A stretch of DNA of 63,612 bases, the filler included. It is 10 parts of 10 records of this genome, joined end to end, with 100 filler letters (N's around TTAATTAATTAA, not from the genome) between each part and the next. Parts side by side here need not be neighbours in the genome. Positions count along the whole stretch, not along the records: positions 53,477 to 56,543 come from SRR7504441_12500; positions 56,644 to 63,612 come from SRR7504441_12510; 8 more parts are not named here. One strand, written 5' to 3'. The position numbers were made by a program, and so were the translations under genes. The notes below the pieces were generated by a model. That model was not told where the DNA came from, ran no database searches, and saw only the letters and a program-made list of their open reading frames with translations. Shown in pieces: positions 56,289 to 63,612 of this stretch. Positions within the stretch are counted from its first letter, which is position 1, and each line of letters starts with the position of its first letter.

Positions 56289-56643
56289 TCATTGCATGCA
56301 AGTACATTGTTGTATTTTCTTATGTACTTGATCATTCTTCAAATAATATCGTACATGTAAGCTTACCGTACTCGCACCGTACCGGCGAAGCATGGTTGAA
56401 ATTGTGCCCCAAGAGATTGTCTTATTCAAGGTTGAAGTGAGAACTCAGCTTGAGGCAGCGATGGCCAGTGTAGGTAAGGCCGGGAAGCTAGGAGGGTTGG
56501 TTATCGATAGGTTGGATGCGAGCAAGGTGGCTCCTCGCTAGGGNNNNNNNNNNNNNNNNNNNNNNNNNNNNNNNNNNNNNNNNNNNNTTAATTAATTAAN
56601 NNNNNNNNNNNNNNNNNNNNNNNNNNNNNNNNNNNNNNNNNNN

Positions 56644-57715
56644 GACTCTCATTCTCAGCTCTGTACATAAGTCCAAGCCCAAATCTAGCCCAAATCCTTG
56701 GTACACTTATCGACCTTTCAATTGGATTTTCGAGCGTATTGCAAGAACGTTTTTATCCTGTCCTCGTGAATCATAAGGAGTTCTTCTTCGTGGTGTGCCG
56801 CTCCAATGTCTGCACAGACCCAAATCAAGTGCTCTTCAAGTTGACTCGGCAGCAGAGTATACACAGACTCTTAGTTGCAATTAAACGCTCAATACCTATC
56901 TACGGGAGCTTATTCATGTTTGATGTGGCTACACACCTTTGTCCAGCTGAGCCATTGCAGAGTCCTCTTCGCTCTTATTGGGACCCAGAGGTGACCAGTA
57001 GCATTGGTGAGATCCTGTTCCTGACAAATGCTCCGTCTCAGAGTCATGAGGACTGTGCAGCTCCAGCTCCCGACACCGCGAGATTTCCTGGTCCAGAGCC
57101 CATTCCAAGTCACCTGGAACACTCTTAGCCGAGATAGTTCGGACCGAGGCTTGTACCAACGGGGACGGTAAGATCAGGTTGCTCCTCAGGTTGCTCCTCA
57201 GTAGATTCCACCAGTTCCTCATCAGCAGTACTCGGAACTGGTTGAGTTTTCATTGGCTGTGCGACTCGTTGTTTACTCTTGCTCCTGGTCTTGGAGCGGA
57301 CCTGAGGACGATCGCTGCCACAGACAGTCTCAACAGAATTATCAGTGGACCATACCGCAGTGGCCTTGTGCCACGGCAAGGCCCCCCACACCATTCTCTG
57401 GTATTCGATGGATGCGAGCAGGGCACCTGATTCGTCTAGCAGTTAGCGAAAGGGCTGCAATTGCACAGCTTACCCCGCCCAGCCTAGCTTGCAGCTGTGC
57501 GATTAATTTGTTCTGCGAATACACCAGGTTATATATGCGCGCGCACAGCCAGCACCTTGCTCTCACACGCCACCTGAGACACCCGCAGCCGTTCCCGTAG
57601 AGTGCAGATCTCGTTCTGACACAGTGCGACCTGCCAGAGTCTTCAAGGTGCCACAGTTGCAGCACACCTGGGCCACCAGTCGCGGCAACTCCTCCGGGTT
57701 GATCCACTCGGCCAT
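56644..57715 (-). CDS. Multi-exon hypothetical protein, truncated by contig edge
   Basis: ATG 57715 (MAEWINPEELPRLV) with successive minus-strand ORF pieces. Confidence 0.35.
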
Positions 57716-58057
57716 GTGCTGCCACCGCGCCGCTCAGGACAGGCCGGCACCCCGTGGCTGCACACCGCAGGCACGGGCTCCGGCACCGGGAGCGGGTGAT
57801 CTGCGGCCAGCCCCTCTGAGCGGTGCGGGAAGCCGTCTCGCTCCGCCGGGACCCGAGGAGAGCTCGGGCTGGTTACCCCGCCGAAACACACATCGTTACC
57901 ACGCATCCGGGTTGCGCCGCCGTACAGCGAGGCCGCCATACCCTCGGCTCCCCGACTGGGTAAGCACCGCGGCTCCCCGGCAGGGTGCAGTGCCAAATTG
58001 GCAGCTTCGCTGTGCAGTTTTTCGCATCAGTGCTGTGGGGGAGGGCTGGGGCCCGGG

Positions 58058-58637
58058 ATGGACGGACCATCCAAGGGCGGGCTCGAGACTGTGCAGCTGA
58101 CTGGCGAATCCACGCTTCGCATCGAGGCCAGCTTGCGCGCCGCAGCGAGTGGCACTGATCGGCTAGGGCAGGTCCAGGCAGCGAGTAGTCTGTCCCACAC
58201 CCTAGAGGATCAACGAGACCGGATGTTGGCACGCAAGCAAAAGCTGTTCCTCGAAGCCGACAAAGCGAGCAGCGAATTCCTGGCCCAGGCCATCGCGCCA
58301 AACAGCAGCGTGTTTACAAGGTGGCGGCGCAGGTGGAGAACTTCAGGCGCGAGACTTCACAGCGTGCACAGCAGGTGTGCACCTATTGGCCAAAATTCAC
58401 ACCCCGTGCTAGGTCAGAGTGTCTTGGGAGGCCTTGGAGAAGAACCTCAAAGAGTCAGAGCTCCGTTTGAGGGAGAAAGAGAGGAAGCTCCAGATGGATA
58501 AAAAGATGCACGAGCTGATGGCATCTACCCTTTCAGCTGTTTTGAAGGACGACAATTCAAACACAGGGACACGGCGCCCTCACACATCCGATTGCAGAAT
58601 ACGCCCCACAGTCTTGGAAGGATCTAAGAAACGCTAG
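58058..58637 (+). CDS. Hypothetical coiled-coil protein
   Basis: ORF pieces 57998-58501 and 58419-58637 separated by probable short introns. Confidence 0.45.
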
Positions 58638-58922
58638 CGAGCCTGTTCACGAGGACGCAAGAGAATCGAGTCTTATCACACATGTTACGTATCACATCTC
58701 GTCCGGCGCACTCTCTACTATGTAGTATACGATGAAGCCGGTACATTTTCCCTCCCCTCGTGCTTAAGTAATAATAATATACTCGTAAGTGATCGATTGA
58801 CGACCGGTACTTGCGCTGTGCGGTATTTTGAGTTCAATTCGAGCCTCATCAGCCAGCTCCAATCTATATCTGGAATTGGATTCATGACCGATGTCAATTC
58901 GAACTAAAACTTCTTTTCCCGA

Positions 58923-60441
58923 TCATGCACACAATTCGGGGACGGCATCTTGTGAGAGAGTGAAGTAATCGCCTGCTTCTTGCTGCACTTCAGACCCTGG
59001 AATCACACAGCATTCAATTGGCGGTGATGTAATGTGGGGCAGTGTGCTGCCTGCACAGCTTTTCGGCTCAACACAAGCTGGGCTGGCCTCTGTGACGCCG
59101 TCCTCACTCATAAGGAAAACCTGGAACCAGACTAGGAACAAATGTCAACCCAGACAGGGGCACCGTCATTGGACCACCGCTTGATTTCACAAATAGCTCA
59201 TACTTAGGGGGAGCATAATGCTCCGACGGATCGGCCAGATCCGGAACCTGACCAACAGCTCAGCCGACCTTGAAAGACCTGTGGCCTGACCTCGGGCACA
59301 TTGAGAGTCGTCCCAATAGGCGCCCGAATTGCTACAAAAAAAGTATCATCATCACTCTCCACCTCCTGCAGGTCCTGCCGCAGCGAAACGACACACGAAT
59401 CAAGAATATCTCGTGAGTAATTCGCACCTGTCGGGTGACAAACGCCAGTTGGCAGTTCTTCTTCTCTTGCGACAACTGTCTCAGCTGTGCCTGCATCTGC
59501 TGCATCTCTGCATCAAGCGCTCCAGCCTCGCTGCACAGCATTCAATCACATGACCACCAAGAAAGAACGCCAACCTTTCTAACTGTTTTAATTCGCTGGA
59601 TGCTGTCTCCACTTCGCGGCGTAGCACCTCTCGGTCAGCCCCACAGCCCTGCCGGCAGCATTGCATCGCACACAGGCAGCTGGATTGCCTTCCACTGGAT
59701 GTGGTTCTTGGCAGTCTTCTGTATCAGCCCAATCCCCTCAAGCACATTGGTGATATCGTATATCCGGCGTTTCTGCACGCCGAGCTGCTCCGCCGCCTGC
59801 ATGCGGTCACAGCATTGCGCGATCGGGGGCGTCACTCCATTGAGGTCGAGCACGCCACCCGGCGAGTCCTGAATCAGCTGCACGAAGCTGCAGCCAGTGA
59901 GCCCAGCACTGGGACCCGCTCACACCGCTTGGTGAGCAGTCCAAGCGAATTATCGAACCGGTTGGTCGCGCCGTCGAACCGCAGCTGCCAGGGGCAAAGA
60001 TTGACCGCACTGTGATGGAGGGCATGCCTGGTCGGGTGGATCCGGCGACTGGTCTAGAGTGAGCGGCGGGGCCACGCTGGGCGGGAGTGCCGACGTTTCA
60101 CCCAGCTCCTCCGGCTGCCGACCGCTTGAGGCATGCGGGTGGAGGGCCAACACACCGGCGCGTAGGCACTATCCTCGAGCTTTGGGCGCGGACAGGGGCT
60201 CGGCGAGCTCAGACCCAAACAGCTCGCCGAACGCTTGCACGGGGATGTGCTCATTACCCGCGCTGCGGTGCCCTCCCGGGACGCTGTACCACAAGCCCGC
60301 GTTGCCGCTCTTCAGGTGAGGACCACAACCCGAATAAAAATCAGCGTGTTGTCTCTGGGATGGACAGTAGGACAGCGCGGAGCGGCGGTGGGGACCGTGG
60401 GTTCCGATGAGCGCACGCCGCGGAAGGTCGGAGCTGTTCAT
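58923..60441 (-). CDS. E2F: E2F-family transcription factor, multi-exon
   Basis: [49 protein letters not shown]; coiled coil; C-terminal DYFTL. Confidence 0.92.
59649..59688 (-). other. GC-AG spliceosomal intron (40 nt) in E2F
   Basis: AAG|GCAATC...CGGCAG|GGC; restores the conserved IQWK|G. Confidence 0.85.
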
Positions 60442-60750
60442 CCGGGATCACCGACAGAGTCGCTCGACGTTAACCATACCTCGAACCGCAATAGATTTAG
60501 ATTTGAGACGGTTTAGCTGTTGATTGTACTAATGGCTTTAGACTAGCCGAGGTCTGGCTATTACAACTAGCTCACACGAGCTAGGATTCCTAGTCGTGAA
60601 TGTGCGCATATTTGATATTAATTCATTTAATTAGGTTTGCGTTGTTCCTTTGCCGAGCCAGCCATAGACAATAAAATTAATAGAGTATGCGTACGTGTAG
60701 TAACAGAGCAACGGAAGCAACTTTGGATCACTTGAACTTGAACTGAGAGG

Positions 60751-63360
60751 ATGGAGCCTGCTGTGCAAAAGCCGCGGCAAGGGTTCGGGAGCGGATTCGC
60801 AGAGATCGGAGGGCTGCTGCGCAAACACTCCGAGCTCGCCAAACAAAGGCGCCCTCCGCACCGGCCTTGCAACTGCTCAGCCGCCTGCCGCAGGAACTCG
60901 CGGTGCAAGCGCGGTGCAAGGACCATCGATCTCGGGCTGGATAGCAGCATCCGGAAGGTGCCTCTCGGCGAGCTGTCCGCGAACTGCGTGCCTCGGCATG
61001 TGGCCTACTCGCCCGGCGCAAATAGCAAGGCGTCCAAGATGCAGGCGCTCGACGCGGCGTTCAAGGTCCCCTCAGCCCACAAGTGCTCGGGCCATCGGGG
61101 GTGCGGCAGGCTGTGATGAAAGTTGCGGAGACTCCACTGGTGAGCCCAGCGAGTCCGAGAGTTGGGCCCTACGTCGATAAGCGCGATGCCTGGGGCTCGT
61201 CACCCATGATCAGCCCGCGGAGTCATCGGGTTTATCCGATCAGCGACAGGATGATCTCAGTGCGGAGGGATCATCTGGCGCCCCTCCGGCCTGTTGCGGT
61301 CTGTCAGCCGGGACCAGAACGTACAGCTGCGCCCTCAGCAGTCGGGAAGATCACGCCGACACAGTATCCGGCCAACGACACTGTCTCTGATCTTCGAACC
61401 TCACTGCTGGGCACTGGTCGAGAGCAGGCTGATGCTCCGAGCGCATTGAATTCATATAGCGGTGATTACCTGTATGTGGACGATGAGGTTGAAGTAAAGC
61501 AGCGGATTGGTGCTCATCGCGGCACAGCAGTTCAGGCTGAAGCGCACGTGAGCCCTGAGGACGCTCAAATGAGTGAGGCAGTCGCACAGGCAGTTGCCAA
61601 AGTCGAGAACGAAATTGCAATGGAGAAGCGACTGATTATTCAGGAGGCTGAACGCCTGCGCTCCCATGTACAAAACACCCGAGCAGAGGTGCGGGCCCAA
61701 CCTTAATAACACCAAACTTGGAATTGTCTAGTGATAGCTATCTGCACAGGTATTGAGGAGGCGGCAAGAGCGCACAAGGCTGACAAACGAAGCCATCGAC
61801 ACGACAAACGAAGGCATGCGACAGCTTTATGAGAGGATGAAGCTCACCTCCTGCGATGCCAAAGCAGAGGTCACTTCACCCTCGAGCCCATCACCCATTA
61901 AAATATCCTCTCCGGAGGGAAAGCAGCTCTCCTCCACAATTCAGGATCTTCGGGTGTCACTTTTGGCAGCAGCCGCGTGTGATGAGGCAGAGGAGCCCAT
62001 CTCTGCGGAGAGCACAACCACCGCAAAGCAAGCTGTTCAGCAGGCAGAGGCTTGCCTTTACCAAGCAGAGCACCGGATCCAGCAGCTCCAAGAAGATGTC
62101 AAACTCAAGGTGCTCCTGAACTCACATTCCACAAATCCTGCCTGAATCGATCCCTGATTGTAGCTGGTGCAGATAAACACTCATCAAGAGACAGTGAACT
62201 GCTCAAGCTCGACGCAAGACACTGAAGCATCTGTCCCTGCTGCTGAGAGGACCTCACGAACACGAAGTGGACCCAGGCCCAACCTTGGTGTCGCACGGCG
62301 TGTCACACGTGAGGCTGCTACAGAGCAACCTGTCGAAGTAAGCTCGCCTGAATCAGAGCCAGTGCAACAAGTCTCTTCACCTGAGGAGATAGCAGAATCG
62401 TTCAGTCCAGGAGCACATGAGGAAGGTTCGGCTACCGACCCATCACAGGTGCTCCTTCCCAAGGAAGATCTGTCAGAGGTCAACGAGAAGGTGGTGGCTG
62501 GGGCCCTATTGGCTATTTCGCGAGAGCTTGCTGGAAGCAGCCAAGAGCGATGTGCGTCAATTTTGAGTGCGCTAGAAGCCACAGCATTTGCAGTCAAAGA
62601 AGCGCAAGGTGAAGTTGTTGGTGCATGCCCACGGTGTACGACGCTCCTTGCCGTCAATCTGGATGTGATTTGCCAAGTGCTACAGCTGAATCTGCCTGCA
62701 TGTGAAGTCCTACCGCACTCATGTCCCGGACACGTGATTCCTGTCCCTCTGGGCGCCCACCGCCTGATGGCAGCTGAAATGGTGCTTCAGCTGATTTGTG
62801 TATACTCTGTCTTTACCGATTCACATCTCATTTCCTCTGGTGTGATGAGCCAATGCTTTCAACTGTTCTTTCAATATCCGAAATCCAGTTTGCTGCACAC
62901 TGCAATACGAAACATCTTCGATGCAGTGCTCGCAAGTCCAAATGAAGCAATTAAAACTGCCATGTTGCAAGGAGCTCACGAGCAGGTCCTGGCTGCACAG
63001 ATAGCTGATGCTGGCACCGCAGTGCTCGCTATCCCTCCTGGCTCTCGTCCTGTCAACACAGGTCACGTAATCGAAATGTCTCAGATCCTTGCAGAGTCTG
63101 AGGATGCTGTCATCAAGGACGCGCTCAGCAAGAATATCGTTTGGGCTGAGTATGTGCGTACAGATGGGGTGCTGGGTCAGTTGCTTGCACAGCAGCAAGG
63201 GGGCCCTTGTGGGGGTGCAGCTCCTGCCATTAAATCGGCTGATTCATGGAACGGTCCGGAAGGTGAAAAGCAATGTGAGGCAGATATGCAACTTTTGATG
63301 GGCTCAATGGGCAACTTGTGTGCTGGCGGTATTGCTTCAGGCTCGGTATCAACCGCTTGA
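60751..63360 (+). CDS. Multi-exon protein with C-terminal SAPS (PP6/SIT4 regulatory)-like region
   Basis: PLGAHRL...FQLFFQYPKSSLLH resembles SAPS PLG..RL...LFF.YPWNNFLH; upstream low-complexity and coiled-coil exons. Confidence 0.6.
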
Positions 63361-63612
63361 TGAGTCAATTAGATATCTGCATTTGCAATCACATGATCAA
63401 GTTATCATTTGTTGATTTTCGTCCGAGTTTGATTAACACCTATTAAACACCGAGTGATTATTTTGTAATTATTTTGATGGAAAATAATGTATGAGTGCTC
63501 AATGATTCAGAAGCACTGGCGGGAGCATGCGCTAAGTCGCGCTTCAGATGGGTCTTGTCCCGCAGCCCGGCTCTACTGCTCTAGGCCGGCTCCCACCCGG
63601 CCCGACCCGGCC

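Noticed and set aside
18793-56643. Repeated TTAATTAATTAA palindrome flanked by Ns, nine times
   Set aside because: Artificial six-frame-stop contig linker; adjacency of genes across linkers has no biological meaning
1-63612. CRISPR arrays, rRNA, tRNA, transposases, prokaryotic operons or defence systems
   Set aside because: No repeat-spacer structure, RNA-gene signature or transposase/RT motif found; the sequence is intron-containing eukaryotic DNA

Overview
This window is eukaryotic, not prokaryotic. It is ten short contigs of a very compact, GC-rich protist-like nuclear genome, joined by nine artificial 100-nt N/TTAATTAATTAA/N spacers. About 35 genes are packed mostly head-to-head or tail-to-tail. 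Most are split by tiny introns (about 35-48 nt, mode near 40), which is why the six-frame ORF track is fragmented. Recognisable products are a giant USP9/24/34-like deubiquitinase, a divergent CCT-beta chaperonin, a Canopy-like protein, a DASH/Dam1 Dad1/Dad4-like peptide, GH127, a multi-EF-hand protein, a TPGS1-like protein, TesB/ACOT8, choline dehydrogenase, a sterol-desaturase-family protein, two MFS transporters, Ctr, COQ2, an AlkK/DmdB-like acyl-CoA ligase, a thiolase-fold protein and E2F. The most interesting signals are: (1) uniform ~40-nt introns with no polypyrimidine tract and roughly one in six using a GC donor; (2) divergent start codons only 21-57 nt apart, with a recurrent Myb-type YAACGG element near most starts; (3) a Dad1-like ORF and a PH-domain gene in frame and 3 nt apart, a candidate dicistron or readthrough; (4) a frameshifted, internally deleted IFT172 relic; (5) a temptin-like domain fused to a PEDS1/TMEM189 desaturase, and an intronless NTP-transferase/HAD/kinase triple fusion. 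All family calls come from motif recognition by eye, intron boundaries come from restoring protein motifs, and no database search was run.
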